A stretch of DNA of 64,000 bases from NCBI GenBank assembly GCA_026770705.1, contig JANJGN010000008.1, positions 129,146,001-129,210,000 of the forward strand, given 5' to 3'. This stretch comes from Isurus oxyrinchus (Eukaryota). Below the pieces are notes generated by a model, which was given only the letters and a program-made list of their open reading frames with translations, was not told where the DNA came from and searched no databases. Position numbers and translations under genes: made by a program. This document shows, in pieces, positions 35,301 to 49,565 of the stretch. Each line of letters starts with the position of its first letter. Within the stretch, counting starts at the first letter, position 1.

Positions 35301-36450
35301 TGTGCCAACATTCACTAGGGGAGGTTGCAGACTTGGAGGGTAATCTTGGGCCTTGAGGGACTGGAATCTTTTTGCACCACCTCAGCATGGGTGACAGAAG
35401 TCTGGGTTGGCTGACTAAGAGGCAACAGCAAGGACAATGATGAGAGCACAAATGCTGTCATCCTGAAGGAGGACACCAGGTTCGTGTTTCTATAGAGCCA
35501 CTAGCAGTCTCCTGTGCTGCTGCTTCAGCAGCATGAGTAGTCCATTGGAGGACACATGGCTGGACTGCAGTCAGGCTGTGCCAGCTCCTTTGAACACTGG
35601 TATCTGAAGCCATGATGGCAGGCATCTGAGACTGAATGGCACCTAGATGGGCTTGTATAGCAACAAGCAGATATTTCATGGCTTAACCCTGAACTGCCAC
35701 CACAGCACTGAGATTTTGGCTGGTTCCTTCCTATGCGCAATGGAAACTGAGGCTACAGACACTGCAGCATGACTGGGTCTGCCAGCTATCACTTCCACAT
35801 TGGAGAACATGGGTTTCTACCTTAGCACAATGCCCTGTGCTAAGTTAGAGCTAAACTTCTCCATGTTCCTTGACAGTGATAAGAAGCTTTACACTCATTC
35901 TCCTGATGTACATTCCCATCAGTGGTCCATATGCCACCCCGCTGAAGGCCTCATCTGAGTCCTCCACAGCAATACTTATCTGCAAACATAATCCTCTGGC
36001 ACATGTGTTAGTCTCCCCCCCCACCCCACCCCCCACCACCCCACTCTGGCTGTAGCTCACTCGTGCCCAGTGACTCACCACATGCTGATCCTGCATCTGA
36101 ACCCTCTAAGGTACTCACCGCGTCAGTGTCCTCGCTGGTTGCTGTAACTTTCAGATCCAATTACAGTTCTTCATCAGAAGTTTGCAGTTGCTCGTACCAT
36201 TCAGGGCGAGGCTATACTGTCCGACCAGGTGGGAAATGTAAGGTATCTGAAGGCAAAAATGCAGAAGGGAAGGATTGAGGTGAGGGTAATCTGGGTGGGT
36301 GGAAAGCAAGAGGTCCATGGTCACACAATCTATAGCTTGAACTTCAGGTTAGGATAAGGGTAAAATAGGATTTGAAAAAGTGCATCAGTCAGGAGCATGC
36401 CATAATCCTAATGTTCTTGTCAAGGTCAGACATACCAGCCTCAGTAACTA
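32400..36450 (+). mobile_element. Decayed Harbinger transposon: transposase (+) split by a CR1, second ORF remnant (-)
   Basis: THVALQAP...YCDRKGYHSLDVHLMCDH before 32770 and YPGSRH...WLLGDKG...VVVCCILYNVA after 34576. Confidence 0.75.
32770..34575 (+). mobile_element. CR1 LINE, 5'-truncated ORF2 pseudogene
   Basis: KSPGPDG, PEDWRNAN-PLFKKG, QHGFVKGR, KFADDTK and LERVQRRFTRMLPG motifs; 3' repeat ttctatggttctgtggttcta. Confidence 0.95.
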
Positions 36451-37066
36451 TTGTTTTGTTGTGCTGTAGGAGTTTAGATGCAGTTCAGGAATTGTCTAGT
36501 CTCCCAAATGTAGGTTGCTTGTGTCCATAGTCTTTTTAACCCAAATCATTTATTTGCAGCAAATATTTACACATTTGGACCTCCACATGAGGTAAGAGCT
36601 CTGGTCTCTTCATGATCTCTCTTACTTCTCAGTCATGTGATCTGACATTATTCTTACATCTATGTCATGTATCCCTCTGATGTTAACCCTTTACAATTAT
36701 CAGCCCCATGATGCAGAGCGCTGTCTTCTCCAAAAGGCTCAGGAGATGCATGTGGCTTGTTCCCTGCCAATTCCTAGCCATTCCCTATGGCTATGTGCAT
36801 TTCTGTTCTGCAAGACAGAGGGAAGAATGGCCCTGAGTGTGTTAAAGTTTGCAAGCTGCCTGCCTCAATGGTACTGGCTGCTTTGCTTGCAACTTAGGGA
36901 TCATAATATAAACAGGTTTAGGGATAGATTGATGGAAGTGGTATCAGCACAGTTAAATTAAATAGAATCAACTTATCTATGCCAAATGGCTTGTTTTTGG
37001 GTGTATATTCTATGTGAATACATGTAATGTGTGTCTTCCGAGACAAAGGTAAATTGGTGTTGGTTG

Positions 37067-38156
37067 TGTTACGGACAGGGAGAGAGGCAAAACTGAACTC
37101 CTTTATTTTCTCAGCGCCTGTCCATAAGCAGAGGTATTTTATTTCTTGAAATAGGCTGTGGCATTTTTCCCCAAACTCTCTGTGAGGTCAATTTTTAAAG
37201 TGACATGCAGCAAACTCTCTTTAAGATTAAATTAGAAGTATAGTTTATTCACACATTCAAACCCAGGGAATGGTGGCAACTTCACACACACACACACATA
37301 CACACAAGCACACAAAAAGATGCTAGGAGAGGGATGTTTTAAACTATGAATAACTTAAAGAAAAAAGCACCACAGAAATGGATATCAGTTCATGTGATTG
37401 CCAGAGTCCAGAAAGTCAGGATCCAGTGAGGGTTCATTATGGAAGGACTACAGTTCAGATGGGTTCAACTAGCTGAAGCAGGAGTTGCAGAATTCCTTCA
37501 AAGTTGTTGATGATGCAGTGAGATGAGGTTAGTTATACAGAGACTTAGTCTGCTGGGCAATGGCAGGAATCTTCCACAAAACCAGGCTTTGAGGATGCTT
37601 AGATTTGATGCAGGCTGTTGGCCAGCCTGGAGTCCTGCTTTGATGTTTGCAGGCTGAAGTTTAAGCAGCAGACTGAGTTGCCAGTCTAGAAATGTAACAT
37701 TAAAACTTTTCAAAGGCCAGAAGCTAAGGTCATGTGATGTTGCCCATTAGTGAGTCAGTTGCAGGCTAACAAACAGTGTCTGTGCCTCTGGTCAAAATCC
37801 ATTGTTGACCTTAGGAGATTGATGATAGTTTTTAGCTTCTTTGCAGGTATAATAAGTTTTGGTGGCTCTCCCTTTGTTATAGGACTAGGCTGGGGAGACA
37901 GATCATCTGTTGGTTGCTGGTTTCCTTGATTGTAATATGTCCTCAAAATGAGAGGTGTGAGATTTCACAAGGATGAGGGTTGAACTTTTGTAACTGCTGT
38001 TGGATATTTCCAGAAACTGTAGCCAACTTGTGAATCATATGACCTGTAGCAGCCAACATTTGGTTCAGCAAGATCCACTTTTTAAAAAAAATAAACAAAA
38101 AGATTAGATTTGATTTAAACAGTTTGTGATCCCTTTCATGTCAAAGGGACATGACA
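37067..38156 (-). mobile_element. Putative solo LTR
   Basis: Ends tgttacg...catgaca (TG..CA, short inverted termini); flanks gttg/gtca are both derivable from gtcg by CpG decay; minus-strand AATAAA near 37244. Confidence 0.5.
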
Positions 38157-41100
38157 GTCATGAATATGTATGTAATATTTAACCTTTAATAAACCTTCAA
38201 GTGTTTTACTGTGCAATTAATTCATCGTTGGCATATAGGCACAGGGCTGCAGCCTTTGTCTATATTTTTACAAAATTCACATTCCTTACAATGATACAAT
38301 TGGGACTCAGTGTCAGCTGAGCTTCCTATTCCTGACATCTATCCCACTGACCTCAGCTGGAATATATGGATTCAGACTACAGATGTGTTGAGCTTGGCTC
38401 TATCGATTCTTCTGAATAGCCTGTGAGACTTTCTGTGTTACATGTGCAGAGTGGCTACTTGAAGTGAATTACCAGATGGCACAACAACACTTAGTGAAAC
38501 CATATTCAATCTTGATTCAGGGGAGAAGGAAGAAACTGGGTCAAGGAAGAAAGTAGTTGACTGAAGTCATGTTTTAATTTCATAGGAAAAGTTAGCAGCT
38601 ACATTTTGGACTGAAGATCAATCAAAACAGACCACTGAATTTGGTGTAATTCTCAAGTTCCTCCAAAAGTAAAGCACACAGTGGCATGTGAGGGTAGAAT
38701 TGATGAACTTCTCAATCAAGCACCTAAAAAGATAACCAGGGATCAATAGATGCCCCGACTCATCTTTCTCTGTTCCCTGACCCAACTTAATCTCAGCAAT
38801 AAAGAATGGGAAATTACTTCAACCCTTAGACCCTTATTTTACACATTGCTGTGTATCACTCTCATCAAGACTACAGGACTCAAGCATAAAGAATAATTCA
38901 TACAGAGAGAATTTTTATCCATTGAGACCTTGGATCATTGAATTTCAGAATTCAGCAGAGTGGATGAAAATAAAATAGTTTTTAAGGAAATTTCACTGGT
39001 CCTAGATTCAGTAAGTGATTCATTGCAGGCCACTACATTAAACTTCAAGAGGAAGTCTTTGGAGATTGGTGTTATAGACTTGTACAGCCTGGTGTAGGGT
39101 TGGTAAAGTAAGGAAAGAAATTCCAAGGGAAACAAAGAAAATAAGTGGCTTAAAGTAAGGAAAAGTAGAAGGAGAGGTGATAAAACTGTGAAATAACTTA
39201 GGCAATTAAGTGATGAGCAGATCTAAAGCACAGAAAGGAACCTCCTTATAGGAGTAGGGGTAGTTAGAAAATTAGAGAAGACAACTGGGGGAAAGATGAA
39301 GATTGTAAAGGACAGGGACATTACAGCTGCAGGTACAAATTACTCAGGATGGTAGATAGTTGGGTGAGTGTGAACACCTAAAGAATGGTAGCTTGCTTAT
39401 TTGGAACTAGAGCAGTGCATATTGGGGAAATGCTGGAAGGGCCACTGAAGGGAATAGAAAAGGAGCCAGTGGTATTAGTCCCAATCACACTAAATAAATC
39501 ATACTGGGGCCCTAAAAAGCGCATAAGTGAGAATTGTGTTAGATGAGGGATGAAAAGAAATGTTCTCTGGTATACTTCCAGTGATTGACAAAAGAGGGGA
39601 ATATTCTGAATAAAAATGTAAGCTATGATTTGGGAAAATCTTTATATAGGGAACTTGCAAGTGTCAGTATCTTGAACAGTGCAGTGTTCATTTTGTTCAC
39701 TTGAAGCTACAATATGCATTTGTACCAGCAGAGGGAGTCTGCTAGAATCCACAGAATCATAATTAACAAAGGGAGCCATTGTTGCTTGTGCAATTTTAAT
39801 TCTAGTTGTTGCTGGCTGTTTCATGTTGCAACCCCTTTACAGAGCTCAGCTGCACCTAAATAAAACTGGAACAGTAGGAATGCTGAGGAACATTGAGGCT
39901 ATGACAATTGATGGGGGAAATCATTAACCTATTGAGAATTGTTTAAAGCAAACAGATGGGGTGAGAAAGAAAAAAAAACTTGGATCTTAAAATTCTGATG
40001 TTTTTAGGGGAAAATTAATGCCACTCTGAAGAGGTGGGGGAGGGAGAAGGAATTTGGGACATAAATCAGATTTTAGAGTTATACTTATTTTAAATACGAG
40101 TAAAATTCTAAAAGAATTGGCTGCTCCCTTGACTTTTACTTTGAGGAAATTACATTCCAGATGACTAATGGAATTCACTAAAGCATATTTAAACTTCCAA
40201 ATAGTATTTCATTAATTTTGTAGAGAAAAAAAAACTACACCGTAAGCTTAAAGTGGAATAGGTTCAATGTAAAACCTGGGATTAGATAAGAAATCAGGTA
40301 AAGCAAATGAAGGCATGCATACTAGTTGAAGGTGGTATGTTGAATAGGGCAAGTCCTAAGTTGGGTGACGTCACAATTGCTATAGGAGCACCTACTATTT
40401 CCAGTTTACTTGAATGACTTGCATCCAGAACCTCAACACAAAATTTGTACTTCAGGCTGACCTGTAAGAGTAGGACAGAGTACCTAAATCTATTGCAGGT
40501 TAAAATGTGTAAAAAGGCAAATTTAGGACTAATGGCAAAAAGTCCTTCACGTATACAAAAGAAACACTACTTATAGGTCGTGGAGATAAAAACCTTGAAA
40601 TAGTTAAAGAAACAGTTGGATTCCATTTCTGGTCTTTCTGTTTGAATTAATTTAGATGTGTTGAACAGCTATCCTTGTCTACATTAATGTTGTGAATGTA
40701 TTCCATTTACTCTTTATATTATGGTCCATGCCTTCATAATGTCTTCATCTTTTAAATAGCCTTGTACTTTTAAATTTGTTTTCATTGACCATCTCAATTC
40801 AGACACATGTAGATGTCACTGGGTAAAGAAATTTGATGGCGAGGAGGAACCAGGGTTGTGCAGATGAACAAAGATAGACAAAACATGTGATCCATATTTT
40901 ATTTGAAGAAACAGCCCTATGATGGTTACAAAAGGTATACAATTATTTTTGTTTTGTAAATAAACTAATTTGGACAAGAACAGATTCCCTCAGTGAATTT
41001 GGCACCAATTCCTCCCTTCCTCCTTCCCTGAAAACTGACAACATCAATAGGCATGATGTAAAATCAAAAGCAAGGTGAGGTTTAAAGTATAACAGATAGA

Positions 41101-41791
41101 TGGTGAAGAAATGAATTACATTAAAAAAGATAAGATAAAAGTCATGAAGTGGAGACCCGTGATTTGAAGTATTTACCAAGGTTTGCTCCACTTCAAGAAC
41201 TTTGACTTTAATTTATGCAAGGAATTGATGCTAAATTGGATCATTATGGCAGTCACACAACAGTTAAAGTTAGATGAAAATCAGATTATGGTGAGATGAC
41301 TGATTTCTCAGCAGTTTCATACCCTGAAAAGTAATTTTCCATTACAGACATTAACAGAATTTAAAATAGTGCCACACTCTCTAGATTTGGATTCTTAAGT
41401 CATCTCTGCTTCAATAGCGCTATTTAATCTTTTCACTATAGATGCCAAGAACCTTTTAACAGGAAAAGCTCATATATCAGTTCCACAGAAGACCTTGAAG
41501 CTCATTGCATTATAACATGCTGTGTATTGACGTATATTCTTTATTCAGTCATTTCAGATGCTGGAATAGCATTCTGTCATCTGCTTCCGTTTATGTGAGA
41601 CAACATTTTCTTGTGGGAATTTTGTACTTTGAAAGTTAGAGATGTTAACTCTGAGAAATGGAACACTCTCCTATATCATACACCCTAGTGTCAGTGTCTA
41701 TTCATAAGCTGGGAATGTTTGAACAAATCTTTCTTTACAGTGGCCTCGGTTATAGAATAACATGCTATACAGGTCTAATGTAACATTCTTT

Positions 41792-44262
41792 GGGCGGAAT
41801 CTTATGTCCTCTCTCATGGTGTGTTTTAAAGCAGGAAGGACAATTAATCAAGCAGAGGATGGTGGGTGAGGACCCCACTACCTTCCTGCTTCCAGCCTGA
41901 TTAAGTCCATAGTGGGAAGTCCCACAGAGGGCCTTCCCACCTGCCTTAATGAATACCCACTCAAGGGCCTCATCTCCTGCTGCAAGTATTAATCCAGCAG
42001 TGGGTGGGCCCGTCCCTATGTGGGAAGCACAATAAGCAAACCTGTATGGTTGCTTGTGGTCTCCTGGGCAGGATTCCTTGTTCAAAGGCATGCAGTGACA
42101 GGCTGAGGGACCTGGCATTGAGAAGAGGGTGGCACTGAGAACCAGCTCCCTGCCCTTGCTGCTGACTGGTCCACACCTCCCCCCACCCCCCCCAGCCCCA
42201 CAATGCCTACCCAATGAAACCTCTCTCTCCATTATTTCACAGAATCACAGAACTGTTACGGTGTAGAATGAGGCCGTTTGGCCCATTGTGTCTGCACTGG
42301 CTTTCCAAACATTTTAACTTAGTACCAAATTCCTGCTTTTTCCCTGTAACCATTAATATTGTTTCTATTTATATAATCATCCAATGCCCTATTGAATGCC
42401 TCAGTTGAACCTGCCTCGACCACAGTTCCAGGCAGTGCTTTCCAAACCCTAACTACTCGCTGCGTGAAAAAGTTTTTTTCTCACTTTGCAATTGCTTCTT
42501 TTGCAAAACGCTTTAAAATTGTGCCCTTTGGTTCTCGATCCGTTTACTAGCAGAAACAGTTTCTCCCAATCTACTCTGTGCAGATTTTGAAAACTTCTTT
42601 CAAGTATCCTCTCAGCTTTCTCCTCTCCAAGGAAACAGTCCCAACCTCTCTAATCTTTGCTCATAACTGAAGTGTCTCATCCCTGGAACCATTCTCATAA
42701 ACCTATTCTGCACTGTCTCCAATGCGTTCACATCCTTCCTACAGTGTGGTGCCCAGAACTGTACACAGTACTCCAACTGAGGCCTAATCAGTGTCTCATA
42801 TAAGTTCATCTTAACCTCCCTTCTCTTGTACTCTATGCCCCTATTAATGAAGCTTAGAGTGCTGTATGCTTTAGAAACAGCTCTCTCTACCTGTTCTGCC
42901 ACCTTTAATGACTTATGTACATATACATCGAGGCCTCTTGACTCCTGCACACCCTTTAGAATGGTATCCTTTATTTTATACTGTCTTTCCATGTTCTTTG
43001 TACCAAAGTGCATCACCTCACACTTTTCCGCATTGAACTTCAACAGCCACCCATCTGCTCACTCCACCAATGTGTGTCGATGTCCTTTTGAAGTTCTACA
43101 CTGTCCTCCTCACAGTCGACAATTCTCCCAAGTTTTGTATCATCCACAAACTTTGAAATTGTCCCCTGCACACCAAGATCTAGATCATTTATATATATCA
43201 GGAAGAGCAAGGGTCCCATTACTGGGCCCTGGGGAACTCCACTACAAACATTCTTCCAGCCCAAAAAATACTTATTAACCATTACTCTCTGTTTCCTATC
43301 CCTCAGCCAATTTTGTATCCACATTGCTACTGCACCTTTTATTCCATGACTTATAACTTTTCTCACAAGTCTGTTGTGGGCACTATATCAAACACCTTTT
43401 GGAAGTCCATATAAACCACATCAATGGCCTTGCCCTCAGCAACCACCTCTGTTACCTCTTCAAAAAACTCTTAACAAATTAGTTAGACACGATTTTCCTT
43501 TAACAAATCTATGCTGACTCTTCCAAATCAATCCACATTTTTTTATGTGACTATTAATTCTACCCCGAATAATTGCTTCAAGAAGTTTCCCTACCACTGA
43601 AGTTAATCTGACTGATCTGTAATTGCACAGCAGACCTTTACAGCCTTTTTTGAACAAGAGTGTAATGTTTGCAATTCTCCAGTCTTCCGGCACCTCCCCA
43701 GAATCCAGGGAACATTGAAAGATTATTGGCAGTGTCCCTGCAATTTCCATGCTCACTTCCCTCAATATTCTTGGATGCATCTCATCCGGTCCCGATGCCT
43801 TATCAACTTTAAGTACTGACAGCTTATCCAATACCTCCTCCTTATCAATTTTAAGCCATCTAGTGACTGAGTTTCCTACTTTGCCACCATGGCCTGGATA
43901 GCATCTGCCTCCTAGGTAAAGACAGATGCAAAACATTCACTTAATGCTTCAGCCATGCCTCTTGCCTCTACGGGTCTCTCCTCCATCTTGGGCCTCCATT
44001 GGATATTGTTCGGTTGCAGCCACCAGATTCATGGTGATGCAGCTGAGCAAAAGTGCTGCCCACCTCTGATTGGCCAGCAGATCTCAGTAGGCAGGACTTC
44101 CTGCCCCTGGGGTCCTGATCTTGCAGAAGGCCTATCACTGGCCTCTCAAGTGCCTGTTTGGCTTGTGAGTCGGTGGGCCTTCCCCAAAGGAGTCATCACA
44201 GGTCCCTTGTTGGGTCTCCAGCCAGCAGACGAGGCACCCGTCGCATCCACAAAATTCTGCCC
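41792..44262. mobile_element. Harbinger-type MITE interrupted by a CR1
   Basis: TIRs gggcggaatcttatg / cacaaaattctgccc, ttt/ttt flanks. Confidence 0.7.
42238..43953 (-). mobile_element. CR1 LINE, 5'-truncated ORF2 pseudogene
   Basis: ORFs 43460-43936, 43040-43366 and 42612-43043 with KASGPD, SGVPQG, KFVDDTK and FNAEKCEVMHFG. Confidence 0.95.
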
Positions 44263-44699
44263 TTTATTTCTCAACTTAGAACTCTAGGGACCTCTCCTGA
44301 GTGAAGTTGCCAATTTGTGTCAAATTTGTGGTTTTGAGAGATCTTACCCAATGGGATCTTGGCCAAATTGCTTACAAATCATTTAATGTTAGCTCTTCAC
44401 AAGCAACAGCAGAGGAAACTTTTTAATCAATCTTGATGAATTTCGACCCAAGTGCCAAAGGCAAAAGGCAATGTTAATGTAACTTTCTTTCAGAAGATTG
44501 TGATGTGGCCTTACCTCGGGTATATTTTTTCTATCAATTTGTATCCAAAACTTTAACTTTATTAAGCAAATGTTGTGCTTTTGTGCTGATGGTCTGTTTT
44601 ATGGGGAAATTACACTTGAACCTTTTCTTTCTTGGATATTTCTTCATTTAATTCATTGTCATTGGTCTTGTTTCCTTGTTGGCATTAAATCCATCGGTC

Positions 44700-45350
44700 A
44701 GTCATGATCACGTGCAGCAAGGCTTGGACAACTTCCAGGCTTGAGTTGATAACTGACACTTAAAATTCACATCCTACAAGAGCCAGATAACCATCTCCCT
44801 TGACCTTGTTTAATGGAATTACCATCTCTGAATCCTCCAGCATCATCATCTTGGGAGTTACCATTGATGAAAATCTTAACCGGACCAGCCATATGAATAC
44901 TGCGGAAAAAAGAGCAAGACAAAGCACTTGATCAGCTCCCAATCCGCCACCTTAACTATTCACTCCCTCTGCCACTGGTGCAGAGTGGCAGAAGAGTGTA
45001 CCATCTACAAGATGTACTGCAGCAACTCGCCAAGCCTCCTTCACAGCATCTTTCAAATCTGTTACCTCCACAACCTAGAAGGGCAAGGGCAGCTGCTGTA
45101 TGGGAATCCCAGCACCTGCAAGTTCCCCTCTGAGCCTCACATCATCCTGACTTAGAACTACATCACCATTCCTTCAATGTCACTGGGCAAAAAACCTGGA
45201 ATTCCCTTCCTAATAGCAATGTACCTATGCCATGTGGACTGCAGAAGTTCAATAAGGTGACTCGCTGCCACCTTCTCAAGGGTAATTAAGGATGGGCAGA
45301 ATATGCTGACCTAACCAGTGACAGCCACATCCCATGAAAAAAAAAATAAA
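44700..45350 (+). mobile_element. CR1/L2-group LINE 3' remnant (tail partner of SINE at 24368)
   Basis: Decayed ORF2 end (LGVTIDENLNRTSH; CTIYKMYCSNSP) and 3' end cacatcccatgaaaaaaaaaataaa. Confidence 0.7.
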
Positions 45351-47199
45351 AGAAAGCTTTGAATTTCAGCTGTATAACAATGGATAATAGGCTTTGGTGG
45401 AAGCCTAGTTTGTATAGACGTCTGCAGAAACTTATTTACATGCAAAAGGGGTTAGGAGAAGGTAATGTTGGAGTTCCTAGAATTTAGAATGTTAAGGTGA
45501 TTTCATCAAAGTTTCCAAGATGTTAAGGGGAACAGATGGTAGAAAGTGAAAAATTCTTTCCACTAGTTGGAGATGCTAGGACTAGACGGCATAGTCTAAA
45601 ATTTAGATCCAGACCTTTTAAGACTGATGCTGTCCGAAACCAACAGCCATAAGGCCTCCAGAACTGAATATCATTGGGGAGCTTGAAAAGGTTTTCATTA
45701 CTTTTTTTGGCCTTGCATGCCACTGCTCTGAGGGGCATGAAGCACACGGCCTACCTTCAGGTTCTCCTGGCACTCCTCAGATTGGGTACTCTCGCAGAGA
45801 GAAGAAAGCGGTGCAGGTGGACCAGGAACACCTGCACTTTCCTCATTGCCATGCCTACTCTCAGCTTGCACCTGCCAGAGACGTAAAAGGCATACCGCTA
45901 CCCTTTCAGGGAAAGCACAGGAAATCGAGACTGTAATTGGGCAAACACCCAAAATCACAAGTTTCCAAGCCCATTTCCATTCATTTGAACTGGGAACTGA
46001 AAATAGCCCAAATGCGCTGGACCAGGAAAATTAGTTGCAGTCTTTTCAACGTCGAAACTTGGCTTCAAACCCAGCTAAGACTGAAGAAATGAAAAATCCT
46101 CTCTCCTGACCAAAGGATCAAAAATGTAGTTGATTTCAATCTAGTTCCGATGTATTGTCAGCCCAAACTGTTACAATTTAGCACTGAAGTGCAAGTCTCA
46201 GTCTGATTAGATAGGTGTTGTGGAAATCAGAGATCAGCAGCAGTGTGACATAATACATTAATACTTCCCTTGTCAAACAATACATAAACGCATCAGGCCA
46301 CGTGCATATCAGAACGGTCTTTAGAGGTTGGTTTGAAAAAAGATTGTGGAAGAATCAAGAGAGCATTAATCTGTGCCTAACCCTTTTGATACTTGATAAA
46401 ATTATATCGCCAAGGAAGAAAAATAAACAAAAATGATGTCATCTTCAGTAAAGTTGTTAGTTGTGAACAAATAGATGAGTAACGCCGATATCAATCAAGC
46501 AATTGCTCGAACATTAACTCATGCCCTTGATTGTTAAACAAATCCTCATTCTCCACTGCTCGTTACTTGTAGCTTGTGAAAATTGTCAGCTACAAGAGCA
46601 CAACCTTCTTGCATGGGAAGCTTAATGACATTTTTCATTAAATGATCTTCCTTTTGTAATTTCAATATGCAAACATCCATATGTGCAGTTTAATTCTATG
46701 AATGTTGATTGTAATTAGATTCATGCATTTAATTATTTCCCATTGCTATCTGATACACTAATGCAATCAATTTTACTTTGTTTAACTTCATATCATTTCT
46801 TCTTGGGGCAGACATAAATCTTTCTATGAAATAACAACATTTGGAACAAAATGGAAAAATGTTGCTCAGCAGATTTGACCTGTATCATATGCACTGTGCT
46901 CTATATTATTCTAAACTTAAAAAAATATATAAAATATAAATTCCCCAACTGATCAGTTGGTGAACGAACTGTGCAAATAGTCATTTTTATTAAAAAGATC
47001 CCAGGGTTAATCTCAGGACTGTGCCAGGTTATATTATCTCATTCAGGTCAGTAATCCAGATCATACCATTGACTACAATATCGGAGATACACCACTGAAA
47101 CTGAGACTGAGACAGAAGACTGAGACTGAGTGTGCAAGGTCAACCAAGTTTGAAAGTTTGGTAAACTGAGGGAAACTTAAATATCTTTATAAAAATCTA

Positions 47200-49565
47200 A
47201 TGTTGTTTGTATTTAACATTTAACTGCAAGTAATGTTTAACAGCAAGTACTGTTTAAACTCTAAGTTTTATTCAGAGGCCTAAACAGGGAGAAAGAAGTT
47301 ATCCACTGGCAGCCGTTAAAATAGTTAATTAAGGAAACTAGCTTGAACCAGTCTTGCTGTGCCTGTGCTCAGCTAGTTCTGTTGTTTAGAACATATAAAT
47401 TCAGGCATTCTCAGTACAATCAGCACTGAATGTGTGACCTCCAAGAACTGTGAGAATTTGGTGAGCAGAGGAAGTGTGGTGTGGAGGGGAGAGAGATGCT
47501 GCTTTGCTTTTTCAAACTTTTTCACTCTGTAGAAACTGATTCTTGTGCTACAACAAGGGAAGAAGTTAACTGTTTGGTGAGTAACTGGTAAGTGATCAAG
47601 ATCTATTCTATTCCTAAGGTTTAAAATAGCGCAGGAATTTGTTATTAGATTAATAAGCATATAAAACAAAATAAATAATTGAATCAAATAATTAATTAAT
47701 TAAATGACATAAGTATGGCAGGACAGGTGATGTGTCATGGCTGCCACATGTGGGCGTTTCTGGATACCAGTGTTATCCAGGGCAAACACGCCTACAGTAA
47801 GTGCCTGCAGCTTGAGGAGCTTCAGCTGAGAGTCATTGAGCTGGAGGCTGAGCTGCAGACATTGAGACACATCAGGGAAGGGGAAAGTTACCTGGATGCT
47901 TTGTACTAGGAGGTGGTCATATAATGTTTTTGGAATAGTGTCTTTGAACAGCACTTTCTGGAACCAACCAGTGAGCAGGCTGTACTTGACCTGATATTGT
48001 GCAAGGAGATAGGATGAATTGATAATAGAGGACACAAGTAACATCCGAGAAATATCTGTAATCAGGAAATGGAAAAGAGAGAGGAACTCAGGAAAATTAC
48101 AATCACCAAGGAAGTGGTATTGAGCAAATTGTATGGGCTAGGGGCTGATAAATCTCTGGATTCGGATGGACTTCCTAAGGTCTTGAAGGAAGTGGCTAGT
48201 GAGATACTTGATGAATTAATTTTAATTCCCCAAAATTCCCCAGATTCGGGGGAAATTCTATTAGTTTGAAAAATACCAAATGTAACTCCTTTACTCAAAA
48301 AGGGAGAGTGACAGAGAACTCAACTACAGGCCAGTTAGTCTAACATTGGTCTTAGGGAACATGTTAGAAGCTATTAATAAAGATGTTATAGCAGGGCACT
48401 TAGAAAAATCACTTCAATCAGGCAGGGTCAACATGGTTTTCTGAAAGGGAAATAATGTTTAACCAATCTATTGGAGTTCTTTGAAGGAGTCACATATGCT
48501 GTGGATGACGGGGAACTGATGAATGTACTGTACCTAGATTTCCAGAAGGCATTTGATAAGGTGCCACATCAAAGTGGAAAATAAAAGCTCATGGTGAATG
48601 GGGTAACATATTGGCATGGACAGAAGATTGGCTAGCTAATGGAAAGCAGAGAGTTGGCATAAATGAGTCTTTTTCTGGTTGGCAGGATGTAATGAGTGAT
48701 GTGCCAAAGGGATCAGTGCTGGGACTTCAAACTTTTCCAATTTATATAAATGACTTGGATGAAGGAACCGAAGGGCATGGTTACGAAATTTGCTGACAAT
48801 ACAGAGATAGGTAGGAAAATAAATTGTAATATGGAGGCTACAAATGGACATAGATAGGTTAAGTGAGTGGGCAAAGAACTGACAAATGCAGTATAATGTG
48901 GACAAATGTGCTATTATCCATTTTGGCAGGAAGAATAAAAAGAAGCTTATTCTCTAAATGGGGAGAGATTGCAAGGCTCTGAGATGCAGATGGATCCGGG
49001 TGTCTGCATGAATCACAAAAGGCTAGCATGCAGGTACAGCAAGTAATTAGGAAAAGTAATAGAATATTATGATTTATTGTGAGGGGAACTGATTATAAAA
49101 GTAGAGAGGTTATGCTTCAGTTGTACAGGGCACTGGCGAGACCACATCTGGAGTACTGTGTACAGTACTGATCTCCTATTTAAGGAGAGACATAAATGCA
49201 TTATAAGCAATTCAGAGAAGGTTCACTAGACTAATACCAGGAGTGGGTGGGTTGTCTTATGAGGAAAGGTTAGACAGGTTAGACTTGTAGCCGCTGGAGC
49301 TTAGAAGAGAAAATTTTTTTCTCTCAGAGGGTCAGGAGTGTTTGGAATTCTTCTTCAAAAGACAGTGGAAGCAGAGTCTTTGATTTTTTTTAAGGCAGAG
49401 CTAGATATATTCTGAATAAGCAAGTGGTTGAAAGGTTATTGGGTGTAGGTGGGAATGTGGTGTTGTGGTTACAGTCAGATCAGCCATGATCTTATTGGAT
49501 GGTGCAGTAGGCTTGAAGGGGCCGAGCGGCCTGTTCCTGTTTCTAATTCTATGTTTGCATGTTTG
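47200..49565 (+). mobile_element. CR1 LINE remnant with ORF1 zinc-finger start and internally deleted ORF2
   Basis: 47715-47909 MAGQVMCHGCHMW...KCLQLEELQLRVIELEAEL; ORF2 fragments 48069-49310. Confidence 0.85.
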
